Below, in pieces: positions 15,849 through 24,289 of a DNA stretch of 32,000 bases. The notes under the pieces were generated by a model. The model saw only the letters and a list, made by a program, of their open reading frames with translations. It was not told the DNA's origin and made no database searches. The position numbers and the translations under genes were made by a program. Source of the stretch: Schaalia odontolytica (GTDB taxonomy: Bacteria; Actinomycetota; Actinomycetes; Actinomycetales; Actinomycetaceae); assembly GCF_005696695.1 (NCBI RefSeq), contig NZ_CP040006.1, positions 1,590,001 through 1,622,000 of the forward strand. Direction: 5' to 3'. Each line of letters starts with the position of its first letter. The first letter of the stretch is position 1.

Positions 15849-17888
15849 TCAGGCCCCTTCGTCGACGATGACCTCTTCGCCGCGTACCAATGCGAGCACC
15901 GGGGCGGCAAAGCGTTGCACCTTCACGTCACCGATGCCACGGATAACGCGCAGCTGCGTCGTGTTCTTTGGCATGGCCTGGGCGATATCACGCAGGGTCT
16001 GATCGGTAAACACGGCGAAAGGCGGCACGCCCGCCTGGCGCGAGACCTCGAGACGCCACGCCTTGAGGCGCCCGAAGAGCTCGATCGCCTGGGGTGAGGC
16101 CTCCTCCTCGAAGGCCTGGTTGAGGGCGCGCGTGGAGGCACGCGCCTTCTTCTTCGGCGCGCCCACGCCCACTTCCTCGGGCCAGATACCGTCGAGCAGG
16201 CGACTGCGCTTGCGTTTGCCGCGCCCATCCGCGCCCCGCGAGCGCGCCCACGACAGGGTCAGCAGGTCGCGGGCACGGGTGACGGCCACGTACAGCAGGC
16301 GACGCTCTTCCTCGCGTGCGGCGGCGGTCTTTGCGTACGAGATCGGCAGGAGGCCTTCGGCGACGCCGACGAGGAAGACGGCGTCCCATTCGAGGCCCTT
16401 CGCCGCGTGGATCGTGGCCAGCTCGACACCAGCCTTGTCCGGTTCGACCTGGTAGGCGACGCGTTCGTCGAGCTCCGCCACAAAGGCGGCGAGCGTCTCC
16501 GCCTCGCTGTCGTCCGCCCAGCCGACGATCGCGTTCATGTTGGACCAGCGCTCTGATCCCGCCTGGCCGGAGGGTGCCTCGGGTGCCCAGCCGACGCCCG
16601 AGAGGACGTCGCGCACGATCTCGCCCACGCTCCCGTCGTCGGTGGCGGCCGCCGCCGCGGCCCGCAGGCGCGAGATGGCGGTACGCACGTCGTCACGCGC
16701 AAAGAAGGGCTTTCCCCCGGCGACGGCGACGGGAATACCGCGCGCTCCCAGGGCCTCTTCGAAGGCCTGTGACTGGCCGTTGGTGCGCATGAGGACTGCG
16801 ATCGAATGGGGTGCCATCCCGCCCGCGATGAGGTCTGCGATCGAGGCTGCGACGCCCTCGGCCTCGGCTCGATCGTCGTCGTAGGTGCGGTAGGTGACCT
16901 GGGCGCCGCCGTCGCGCTGGCTGGACAGGCGCACCGTGCCCTCACGCTGGGTCGAGCGGGCCAAGACGTCGTTCGCCAAGCTCACGATCTGCGGGGTCGA
17001 ACGATAGTCGCGGGTCAGCTCGACGATGCGTGCGCCCGGATGCTTGCGTCCGAAACCGGTCAGGTAGTCCGGGGACGCGCCCGTAAAGGAGTAGATGGTC
17101 TGCGCGACGTCGCCGACGACGCACACGTCGTGGCGCCCACCCAGCCACAGGTCGAGCAGGCGAGCCTGCAGAAGGTTGACGTCCTGGAACTCATCGACCA
17201 CGAAGGAGCGGTACTGCTTGCGCACGATCGAGGCGACGTCGGTGCGTTCCTGCAGCATGCCGCACAGGTAGATGAGGATGTCCTCAAAGTCGATGACGCC
17301 GCGTTCGTTCTTCGCGTCCTCGTACACGTCGAGGAGGCGCGCCATGTCGCCCGCATCCAGCCCGGCGGGCACGTCGCGGCGCAGGCGAGCCACGCGCGAA
17401 GCGTAGTGGGCGGCGTCGATCATCGAGACCTTCGCCCATTCGACCTCGGCCGCGATATCGCGCACGCTCGTGCGGTCGATCGTGATCCCCAGGCGCGCAG
17501 CGGAAGCCGCGACGAGGGAGGCCTTGTGCGGGATGACGTCCGGCAGCGGGCCACCCACGACGGTGGGCCAAAAATGGCGCAGCTGGCGCAGCGCGGCGGA
17601 GTGGAAGGTGCGCGCCTGAGCCTTTGGAACACCCAGCTGGGCCAGGCGGTGGCGCATTTCGAAGGCTGCGCGCTGCGTGAAGGTCACGGCGAGCACGTTG
17701 GACGGGTCGAAGGCGCCAACGGCCGCCCCGTACGCGATGCGGTACGTGATCGCGCGGGTCTTGCCGGTGCCCGCACCCGCCAGGACGGCGAGCGGGCCAG
17801 CGACCTGCGTGGCGACGGCGCGCTGATCGGGGTCCAGGGCCTCCAGCAGTTCCTCGGGGTTCATGGTCCCCATTGTTCCATCGCCCAT
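15849..17888 (-). CDS. uvrD2: ATP-dependent DNA helicase UvrD2 type (UvrD/PcrA core plus C-terminal HRDC domain)
   Basis: Walker A AGAGTGKT, motif II VVDEFQDVN, and a C-terminal HRDC domain (LFGRLKAWRLEVSRQAGVPPFAVFTDQTLRDIA...IRGIGDVKVQRF). Candidate starts are ATG 17888, 17873 and 17864. ATG 17888 lies 2 nt after the nudC stop. Confidence 0.9.
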   Translation of the reverse strand: MGDGTMGTMNPEELLEALDPDQRAVATQVAGPLAVLAGAGTGKTRAITYRIAYGAAVGAFDPSNVLAVTFTQRAAFEMRHRLAQLGVPKAQARTFHSAALRQLRHFWPTVVGGPLPDVIPHKASLVAASAARLGITIDRTSVRDIAAEVEWAKVSMIDAAHYASRVARLRRDVPAGLDAGDMARLLDVYEDAKNERGVIDFEDILIYLCGMLQERTDVASIVRKQYRSFVVDEFQDVNLLQARLLDLWLGGRHDVCVVGDVAQTIYSFTGASPDYLTGFGRKHPGARIVELTRDYRSTPQIVSLANDVLARSTQREGTVRLSSQRDGGAQVTYRTYDDDRAEAEGVAASIADLIAGGMAPHSIAVLMRTNGQSQAFEEALGARGIPVAVAGGKPFFARDDVRTAISRLRAAAAAATDDGSVGEIVRDVLSGVGWAPEAPSGQAGSERWSNMNAIVGWADDSEAETLAAFVAELDERVAYQVEPDKAGVELATIHAAKGLEWDAVFLVGVAEGLLPISYAKTAAAREEERRLLYVAVTRARDLLTLSWARSRGADGRGKRKRSRLLDGIWPEEVGVGAPKKKARASTRALNQAFEEEASPQAIELFGRLKAWRLEVSRQAGVPPFAVFTDQTLRDIAQAMPKNTTQLRVIRGIGDVKVQRFAAPVLALVRGEEVIVDEGA

Positions 17889-17890
17889 GC

Positions 17891-18826
17891 TCAGTTGCGT
17901 CCCGCGCCGTCCGGGCCGCTCGGCAGCTCCTCGCCGTACCATTCCCGCAGCAGCGCGTAGGCGATCGAGGCACGACCGGGGGCACTAATCTCTCCGGATT
18001 CCAGCGCGTGGGTCAGCTCGTCGCGGCTGTAGAAGCGCGCCCACTCGATCTCCACGCCGTCCGCCTGCGGGGTGGGGCGCGGCGAGGCGGTGCGAGCCCG
18101 GTATCCCATCATCTGCGAACGCCCGAAGGGCCACGGCTGCGTCGCGACGTAGGTAGGCGTCTCGATCTCGACGCCCACCTCCTCGGCGACCTCGCGGGCA
18201 ACCGTGACGTCCGGGGACTCCCCGGCCTCGACGTAGCCGGCGATGATCGACACGAAGCCGGGCCGCCACAGCGCGTTGTGCGCCAGGAGAACGCGCCCGT
18301 CATGATCCTCGACGAGGACGATGATCGCCGGGTCCTGGCGCGGGTATTCCAGCCGATCACACGTCTCGCATCGCGCGGCCCACCCGCCGGACACCAGCTG
18401 CACCGGAGCCCCACAGCGCGGGCAGAAGCGGTAGTTGGCGTGCCAGCCCGCGAGCGCGAGCGCGGTCAGCGCCAGGGCCGCGTCGTCACCGTCGAGCTGC
18501 CACCCGACCGCGCGCAGATGCTCCCAGCGACCCCGGGCCTCGTCCCGGCTCGTCTCGATCGCGACGACGGAGCGTCCCCGCGCGACCCCGATGAACGAGG
18601 CCGTGGCCCCCTCGAGCGCATGCACGGCCTCGTCCCCACTCAGGCGCCGCAGGACAGGGACTCCCAAGGGGGATGCCTCGGCCTCGTCGAGGAGAACGAA
18701 GCCGGCGCCGTCCACGAGGATGACATCGGCCTCACCGGCACGTACCAGGGCAACGGGAGCCACGGATTCGCGCAGGGCGACAGCCGGGTCGACGTGACCA
18801 CGGACGAGAGGTAGATCAAGACTCAT
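17891..18826 (-). CDS. nudC: NAD+ diphosphatase NudC (zinc ribbon plus Nudix)
   Basis: [29 protein letters not shown] is a C4 zinc ribbon. It is followed by the Nudix box [23 protein letters not shown]. Confidence 0.9.
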   Translation of the reverse strand: MSLDLPLVRGHVDPAVALRESVAPVALVRAGEADVILVDGAGFVLLDEAEASPLGVPVLRRLSGDEAVHALEGATASFIGVARGRSVVAIETSRDEARGRWEHLRAVGWQLDGDDAALALTALALAGWHANYRFCPRCGAPVQLVSGGWAARCETCDRLEYPRQDPAIIVLVEDHDGRVLLAHNALWRPGFVSIIAGYVEAGESPDVTVAREVAEEVGVEIETPTYVATQPWPFGRSQMMGYRARTASPRPTPQADGVEIEWARFYSRDELTHALESGEISAPGRASIAYALLREWYGEELPSGPDGAGRN

Positions 18827-18849
18827 AACTCCACGGTAACGCGGTGGGC

Positions 18850-18856
18850 TACCCTA
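18850..18856. promoter_or_regulatory. Overlapping back-to-back -10-like hexamers (TACCCT on +, TAGGGT on -) in the 36-bp nudC/rph divergent spacer
   Basis: TACCCT (18850-18855) ends 7 nt before the rph ATG, and rph has no SD, which suggests a leaderless mRNA. The complement TAGGGT (18856-18851) lies 24 nt upstream of the nudC ATG, which does have GGAG. This is a pattern match only. Confidence 0.3.
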
Positions 18857-18862
18857 GGCACT

Positions 18863-19630
18863 ATGACAAATACTCCCCTGCGCGCCGATGGGCGCACCCC
18901 CTCCCAGCTCCGCCCCGTCTCTATTACCCGCGGCTGGTCGGGTACCGGTGAGGGTTCCGTCCTCATCGAGTTCGGTAACACCCGCGTCCTGTGTGTCGCC
19001 TCTTTCACTGAGGGCGTGCCGCGTTGGAAGCGCGACTCCGGCGAAGGCTGGGTCACCGGCGAGTACTCGATGCTCCCGCGTGCGACTGAGCAGCGCTCCT
19101 CCCGAGAGTCCGTCAAGGGCAAGGTGGGCGGCCGCACCCAGGAAATCTCGCGCCTCATTGGCCGCTCCCTGCGCGGCATCGTCGACGTTTCCGCGCTCGG
19201 CGAGAACACGATCGTCCTGGACTGCGACGTTCTGCGCGCCGACGGCGGCACCCGCACCGCGGCGATCACGGGCGCTTACGTGGCCCTCGCCGACGCCGTG
19301 AGCTGGGCGAAGGAGCAGGGCATCCTCAAACCCTCCGCCAAGGTCCTCACCGACTCGATCTCCGCGATCTCCGTGGGCATCATCGACGGCACCCCCATGC
19401 TGGACCTGCCCTACGTCGAGGACGTGCGCGCCGAAACCGACATGAACGTCGTCCAGACGGGCGACGGCCGCTTCATCGAGGTGCAGGGCACCGCCGAGCA
19501 CGCCCCCTTCAACCGCGATGAACTCAACGAGCTGCTGGACCTGGCGACGCTGGGTAACGCCCGACTCGCGGAGGCGCAGAAGCTCGCGCTTGAGGCTCCC
19601 CTCATGGAGCGCGTCGAGGTGCGCCCGTGA
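18863..19630 (+). CDS. rph: Ribonuclease PH
   Basis: [42 protein letters not shown] is the canonical RNase PH N-terminus, and the protein is full length at 255 aa. Confidence 0.95.
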   Translation: MTNTPLRADGRTPSQLRPVSITRGWSGTGEGSVLIEFGNTRVLCVASFTEGVPRWKRDSGEGWVTGEYSMLPRATEQRSSRESVKGKVGGRTQEISRLIGRSLRGIVDVSALGENTIVLDCDVLRADGGTRTAAITGAYVALADAVSWAKEQGILKPSAKVLTDSISAISVGIIDGTPMLDLPYVEDVRAETDMNVVQTGDGRFIEVQGTAEHAPFNRDELNELLDLATLGNARLAEAQKLALEAPLMERVEVRP

Positions 19631-20241
19631 GCGCGCGCCTGGTCTTCGCAACCTCCAACGCGCACAAGGTCAGCGAGCTCGAGGCCATCCTGGCCCCCGC
19701 GTGGGAGGGCTTCGAGGCCGGCTGCGTGGCGCGCATGAGCGATTTCGACGTGGCTTCCCCGGTCGAGGACGGTGTGACCTTCGAGGAGAACTCCCTCATC
19801 AAAGCCCGCGCGCTGGCTCGCGCCACCGGCCTGGCTGCCATCGCCGACGACTCCGGCATCACGGTGGACGTGCTGGGCGGAGCGCCCGGTATCTTCTCCG
19901 CGCGCTGGGCCGGCTCCCACGGGGACGATGCGGCGAATCTGCGTTTGCTCATCGATCAGCTCTCCGACGTTCCCGACGCCCACCGTGGTGCGGCCTTCGT
20001 GTCGGCTGCTGTCCTCGTCACCCCGGACGGTCGCGAGTTCGTCGAGCGCGGCGAGGTGCGCGGCACCCTGACGCGTTCCCCTCGCGGCGAGGGCGGGTTC
20101 GGCTACGACCCGATCTTTGTCCCCGAGGGCTTCGAGGTCACGACCGCTCAGATGAGCGCGGAACAGAAGAACGCGATCAGCCACCGCGGCATCGCCTTCC
20201 GCGCCCTCATGCCCCACATCGTGGAGTACCTGCGCGGCTGA
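19627..20241 (+). CDS. rdgB: Non-canonical purine NTP pyrophosphatase RdgB/HAM1
   Basis: Motifs [14 protein letters not shown] and [11 protein letters not shown]. The GTG start overlaps the rph stop (GTGA at 19627-19630). Confidence 0.9.
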   Translation: MSARLVFATSNAHKVSELEAILAPAWEGFEAGCVARMSDFDVASPVEDGVTFEENSLIKARALARATGLAAIADDSGITVDVLGGAPGIFSARWAGSHGDDAANLRLLIDQLSDVPDAHRGAAFVSAAVLVTPDGREFVERGEVRGTLTRSPRGEGGFGYDPIFVPEGFEVTTAQMSAEQKNAISHRGIAFRALMPHIVEYLRG

Positions 20242-20253
20242 GAAGCACCGCAG

Positions 20254-20295
20254 ACACAAATGTGCCGGGCACCCGAGGGTGTCCGGCACTTGTGT
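20254..20295. terminator. Imperfect long hairpin after rdgB, also downstream of the small - strand ORF
   Basis: ACACAAATGTGCCGGGCACC (20254-20273), loop cgag, GGTGTCCGGCACTTGTGT (20278-20295). About 16 pairs form, with one wobble and small bulges. Confidence 0.55.
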
Positions 20296-20316
20296 GTTGC
20301 GCCCGCAGGCGCGCCA

Positions 20317-20439
20317 TCAACGGGCGACGAGGTTGCCGAAGATGGGGCGGTCCATCGAGAACTGCAGGGGGTTGCGCTGTTGGCGCCACCTGCGGTGATG
20401 GGCGAGGCGATGAAGGAGTGATGCGACGAAACGAGACAT
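20317..20439 (-). CDS. Candidate small basic protein, 40 aa (MSRFVASLLHRLAHHRRWRQQRNPLQFSMDRPIFGNLVAR), below the ORF-track cutoff
   Basis: Hand translation of the minus strand. AAAGAGGAG lies 6 nt upstream of ATG (20439-20437) and the stop TGA is at 20319-20317. 31 of 40 codons end in G/C, like real genes in this window. The hairpin at 20254-20295 lies just downstream. I do not recognise a family. Confidence 0.4.
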   Translation of the reverse strand: MSRFVASLLHRLAHHRRWRQQRNPLQFSMDRPIFGNLVAR

Positions 20440-20637
20440 TGTGTGCTCCTCTTTGAGTACAGTGCGATGGATCTGTCACCGCGTCGTACTGCCATAGTGC
20501 GCCTGATTGTCCATGTTTTCCATCGATATTTTCTTATTTTTCTATGAAGCGTTTCTTACGGACTTTTCCTTGGTGCAGCTTGGAAAATTCTTGACTGAAG
20601 AGGGTCACTTCTCTTAATTAATCAGCCGGTGGATACA

Positions 20638-20670
20638 GTGAGGGGGCAGGCCCACGGCCTGCCCCCTCAC
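20638..20670 (-). terminator. Perfect 15-bp stem, 3-nt loop hairpin downstream of the small membrane protein gene
   Basis: GTGAGGGGGCAGGCC cac GGCCTGCCCCCTCAC. It lies 20 nt after the stop at 20691. On the minus strand it is followed by tgtatcc, a weak U-tract. Confidence 0.6.
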
Positions 20671-20690
20671 CACCCCAATTCAGCGAAGAG

Positions 20691-21023
20691 TCAGCGAGCG
20701 CGCGCCAGGCGCGCACGACGCGGCAGGAAGCGGCGCACGTCGAAGAAGCGAACGACCTGCATGATGCGGCGCGCGAGGCGGTCACGCACGCGCCAGATCA
20801 TGGTGCAGCCGACACCGATGAAGATGGCGTTCGTCAGGAAGGACGGCCACGCGCCGGTGGATGCACATGCGAGGGCCAGCAGAATGCAGCTGGAGACATT
20901 GAGAGAGTGGTAGCGCAGGGAGTCGGGAGCGAAGCGCTTGGAGGAAACCAGGTAGTAGGCGGCGATAGAGGCGCCCGCACCCAGCCAACCGAGGACCGGA
21001 ATTACAAGAGATGAGATCGTCAT
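20691..21023 (-). CDS. Small 3-TM membrane protein with an Arg-rich C-terminal tail (possibly CBU_0592-family-like)
   Basis: Three hydrophobic helices (SLVIPVLGWLGAGASIAAYYLV, LNVSSCILLALACAS, SFLTNAIFIGVGCTMIW) followed by a basic tail. It is divergent from a LysR regulator. The family name is from memory only. Confidence 0.6.
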   Translation of the reverse strand: MTISSLVIPVLGWLGAGASIAAYYLVSSKRFAPDSLRYHSLNVSSCILLALACASTGAWPSFLTNAIFIGVGCTMIWRVRDRLARRIMQVVRFFDVRRFLPRRARLARAR

Positions 21024-21109
21024 GACTCATATGATGCACCTTCCGCTAGTCAAGCACAATTGAATGGTTCTATAGTTATCTTACAGTTTCACTTAACGAA
21101 GGAGTTCGC

Positions 21110-22027
21110 GTGGATATTGACCCCCGCCGCCTGCCTTTCCTTCTGTCCGTCGCGCGCGAAGGCGGCATCGTTGCCGCCGCCGACATCCTCATGGTCTCGC
21201 CCTCGGCAGTGTCCCAGCAGATCCAGAAACTTGAGGAGGAAGTCGGCCTCAAACTCGTCGAACGCACCACGTCCGGCGCGATTCTCACCCCGGCGGGCAC
21301 GATCGTCGCCGAGGCAGGCGAGCGCATCAACGCCGACATCGAGGAAGCCCTCAAGGCGCTACGCCCCCTCACCGGCCAGGTGACGGGAACGGTCACCATT
21401 GGGGCGTTCCTGACAATTTGCCGCTCCACCCTCATCCCCGCACTCCCCGACCTCGCGGAAGCCCTGCCCGGCGTCGACCTGCGCATCGAGGAAACAGAAG
21501 AGACCCCGGGCATGGCCGCGCTGCGCACCGGCCAGTACGACATCCTCGTCATCGAACGAGACGAGGACCCGGGCCTGGCCCCTCGCGGGTACACGGACGT
21601 TCCCTTCCTCGACGAACCCTGGATGCTCGTCACCCCGGACTCCGCTCCCCCGATCGGCTCGATCGAAGACCTCGCGGACCTCACCTGGCTGCGCGTCAAT
21701 CCGGGCACCAGCGGCGACCACGTCATGCGCCGTATTACGAAGGCCTTCCCGGACACACGCTGGGCGCCCCACCTGTACACGACCTACGAGGCCGCCCGAG
21801 CCCTCGTGCGCGCCCGCACGGGTTCGACGATCCTTCCAGCCATGGCGTTGGCCGGGGCCCACACGGAGGGCATGCGCATCACGCCGCTGCCGTCGCTGGG
21901 CACTCGTAAGATCCTGCTGCGCCACAAGAATCACGGATGGTCCGAGGCGTCAGGCCCGGCTCGCGTGGCCACATACTTGGCGGAGTGGAAGCGCCACAAC
22001 GCCTCGTACTCGACGTCTAGCGACTGA
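21110..22027 (+). CDS. LysR family transcriptional regulator
   Basis: The N-terminal wHTH FLLSVAREGGIVAAADILMVSPSAVSQQIQKLEEEVGLKLVER is followed by a LysR substrate-binding-type domain. The GTG start at 21110 has GAAGGAG (21098-21104) upstream. Confidence 0.9.
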   Translation: MDIDPRRLPFLLSVAREGGIVAAADILMVSPSAVSQQIQKLEEEVGLKLVERTTSGAILTPAGTIVAEAGERINADIEEALKALRPLTGQVTGTVTIGAFLTICRSTLIPALPDLAEALPGVDLRIEETEETPGMAALRTGQYDILVIERDEDPGLAPRGYTDVPFLDEPWMLVTPDSAPPIGSIEDLADLTWLRVNPGTSGDHVMRRITKAFPDTRWAPHLYTTYEAARALVRARTGSTILPAMALAGAHTEGMRITPLPSLGTRKILLRHKNHGWSEASGPARVATYLAEWKRHNASYSTSSD

Positions 22028-22071
22028 CCGAGGAGCGCCTCGCCTCACCCATCGACGGGGCGAGGGTCGGC

Positions 22072-22869
22072 TCAGAGGCTGACCTGCATCCCGGAGGTCG
22101 CGAAGTCGAGGGGACCAGACCAGGTCTGTCGCACTTCGGAGGCCACCCGATCGCGAGGCGTCCACGGCTGGATGTGGGTCGCGATCATTCGGCCCACTCC
22201 GGCTCGCGCGGCAACCTCGCCCGCGCGCACGCCATCCATGTGCATGTCGGGCTCGGTCTCGTCGCTCGTGAAGCCGACCTCGCTGAGGAGCACGTCGACA
22301 CCGCGCGCGCCCTCGATGATCGTGTCACACAGGTCGGTGTCCCCCGTGTAGAACAGCGACACCAGGCGCTCCGGATCCTCCTCGGAGGGGCCCTCGATGC
22401 GCAGGCCAAAGGCCTCGACCGGGTGCAGGGCACGGTAGGGGCGGATCGTCATGGGGCCCACCTGGTAGGCCTCGCCCAACTGCATGTGGGTGAAGGCGAA
22501 TTCAACCTCGTATGCCTCGTCGTCCGGCGCGTCTTCGATCTGGCGCACGCGACGCATCGTCTCGGCGGGCCCGTACAGGGGCAGCGCGGATGCGGCCGCT
22601 CCCGGGCCCCACTTGCGGTAGACCTGCAGGGAGATGATGTCGCCCATGTGGTCGGCGTGGCAATGGGACAGCGCGAGGGCGTCGAGCTCGCACGGGCACA
22701 CGTGCGCCCACAGCGCCCCGAAGGAACCGGGACCCAAGTCGCACACGAGCGAGAAGGTCCGCTCCTCCCCCGTTCGAGGGTCCAGGCCTCGGGCCTGAAC
22801 AAGGTAGGACGAGGCCGGCGACTCCGGGCCAGACATCGAACCGGTAGCGCCGATGACAGTCAACTTCAC
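22072..22869 (-). CDS. MBL-fold metallo-hydrolase (position and size resemble the mycobacterial Rv1339-type atypical cNMP phosphodiesterase)
   Basis: HxHxDH motif SHCHADHMGD. The GTG start overlaps the murI stop (GTGA at 22869-22866). The link to Rv1339 rests on recalled synteny (murI-MBL-rph-rdgB). Confidence 0.8.
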   Translation of the reverse strand: MKLTVIGATGSMSGPESPASSYLVQARGLDPRTGEERTFSLVCDLGPGSFGALWAHVCPCELDALALSHCHADHMGDIISLQVYRKWGPGAAASALPLYGPAETMRRVRQIEDAPDDEAYEVEFAFTHMQLGEAYQVGPMTIRPYRALHPVEAFGLRIEGPSEEDPERLVSLFYTGDTDLCDTIIEGARGVDVLLSEVGFTSDETEPDMHMDGVRAGEVAARAGVGRMIATHIQPWTPRDRVASEVRQTWSGPLDFATSGMQVSL

Positions 22870-23696
22870 GCGATACCACCGCCGGTGTTCACGCGAGCGA
22901 CGGAACCCACCTCGGGGCCAAGGAAACGGCGCGCCAGGCGCGGGAACGCGTCGGAAGCGCCCGTTGCCAGGAACTGATGCTGCGGCCCCTCACCCGCGGG
23001 CCACGGATCGTGAAGGAGCCCGCTGTCCACGAGCTCGTTATAGGTGACGTTCGCGGTCGCCTCCGAGGAGGTCACGAGCGTAACCCCCTCGCCCATAATG
23101 CGGCCGATAACACCGGTGAGCAGCGGGTAGTGCGTGCACCCCAGGATCAGCGTATCCACGCCCGCTTCCTTCAGCGGGGTCAGATACTCGCGCGCCACGG
23201 CCTCGATCTCCTCGCCCGTGGTCACCCCGGCCTCGACGAAGTCAACGAAAGCGGGGCAGGCCTGCTGGCTGACCGTCAGCCCGGGGACGGCTGCGAGCGC
23301 ACGCAGGTACGCCTCGGACTGGATGGTGGCCTTCGTACCGATGACGCCCACATGGTGGTTACGCGTGGCGATAACGCTCTGGCGTGCCGCCGGGGTGATG
23401 ACCTCGATGACGGGGATCCCGGCATCGATCCAGTAGCGTTCCCGAGCGTCCGCGAGCGCGGCGGCCGTCGCCGTGTTGCAGGCGATGACGAGAGCCTTCA
23501 CGCCGCGCGAGGCCAGCTCGTCGAGAGCGGAGAGCGTCAGCGAGCGAACCTGCGCGATAGCTCGCGGACCGTAAGGCGTGTGCTCGGTGTCGCCCAGGTA
23601 GATGATTTCTTCGTCGGGCAGCTTGTCGATGACTGCGCGAGCCACCGTCAGCCCACCTAGGCCCGAGTCGAAAATTCCGATCGGGGCGTTGTTCAT
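22866..23696 (-). CDS. murI: Glutamate racemase
   Basis: Motifs IGIFDSGLGGLTV, ACNTATAAAL and LGCTHYPLL, including the two catalytic Cys motifs. Confidence 0.95.
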   Translation of the reverse strand: MNNAPIGIFDSGLGGLTVARAVIDKLPDEEIIYLGDTEHTPYGPRAIAQVRSLTLSALDELASRGVKALVIACNTATAAALADARERYWIDAGIPVIEVITPAARQSVIATRNHHVGVIGTKATIQSEAYLRALAAVPGLTVSQQACPAFVDFVEAGVTTGEEIEAVAREYLTPLKEAGVDTLILGCTHYPLLTGVIGRIMGEGVTLVTSSEATANVTYNELVDSGLLHDPWPAGEGPQHQFLATGASDAFPRLARRFLGPEVGSVARVNTGGGIA

Positions 23697-23712
23697 GTAT
23701 CGACCTTATGCG

Positions 23713-24285
23713 TTACTGGGAATTATTGACGGCTTCTAGGAGTGAGTCCTGCCACCATGTGATGAGCATATAGATGGCGGCGACGGTTTGCGAGCGCTCC
23801 CCCGTCGGCTCACTGAGCGCCAATTCTTCGATGCGCTGAGCGTCGTGTTGATCCGATAGGTCCAGCTCACCGGCTAAGCCGAGCCTAATGTCGTTGAGCG
23901 CACCCAGCCAGGACCACACGGCCTCGGGCTGGATCCTCAGGGTGTCGCTCTCGCCGTGGACGATGTGGTCAAGATCGCTGACGATCGAACGCAAACGAAC
24001 GGACTTGTCGGTGCGCAGAGAATCCTCGGTGAGGGCGCGCAGGCGGCCAGCATCTTCATCGTCCTCGCTCATCGAGGGCAGCAGCATACGCAGAGTGCGT
24101 TCACGGGGTTCGTCTCGGCGCTGCTCGGTCTCGGTGGCGGCATTCACCATGGACGAGGTCGCGGCGTACTCACCGGGATCATCCAGGACGACGAGAACCT
24201 CCGTCGCCAACTGGCGCAGGAGGAGCGCCTCGCCGTCGCTCATCGACGAGGCGTAGACACCGTCTCGAAGAGCGAAGCCTTCCAT
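23713..24285 (-). CDS. DUF2017 domain protein (ClpS-associated)
   Basis: A 190-aa acidic protein that starts 4 nt downstream of clpS. The family call comes from this conserved actinobacterial pairing and general sequence character, and I could not verify it. Confidence 0.7.
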   Translation of the reverse strand: MEGFALRDGVYASSMSDGEALLLRQLATEVLVVLDDPGEYAATSSMVNAATETEQRRDEPRERTLRMLLPSMSEDDEDAGRLRALTEDSLRTDKSVRLRSIVSDLDHIVHGESDTLRIQPEAVWSWLGALNDIRLGLAGELDLSDQHDAQRIEELALSEPTGERSQTVAAIYMLITWWQDSLLEAVNNSQ

Positions 24286-24289
24286 TTCC

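Noticed and set aside
20513-20617. 34-aa hydrophobic + strand ORF (MFSIDIFLFFYEAFLTDFSLVQLGKFLTEEGHFS), a possible type I toxin-like peptide
   Set aside because: It has no SD, and its codon usage simply reflects the AT-rich tract (runs of TTT/TTC). It overlaps the likely promoter region of the - strand 40-aa ORF. I keep it only as a remote possibility.
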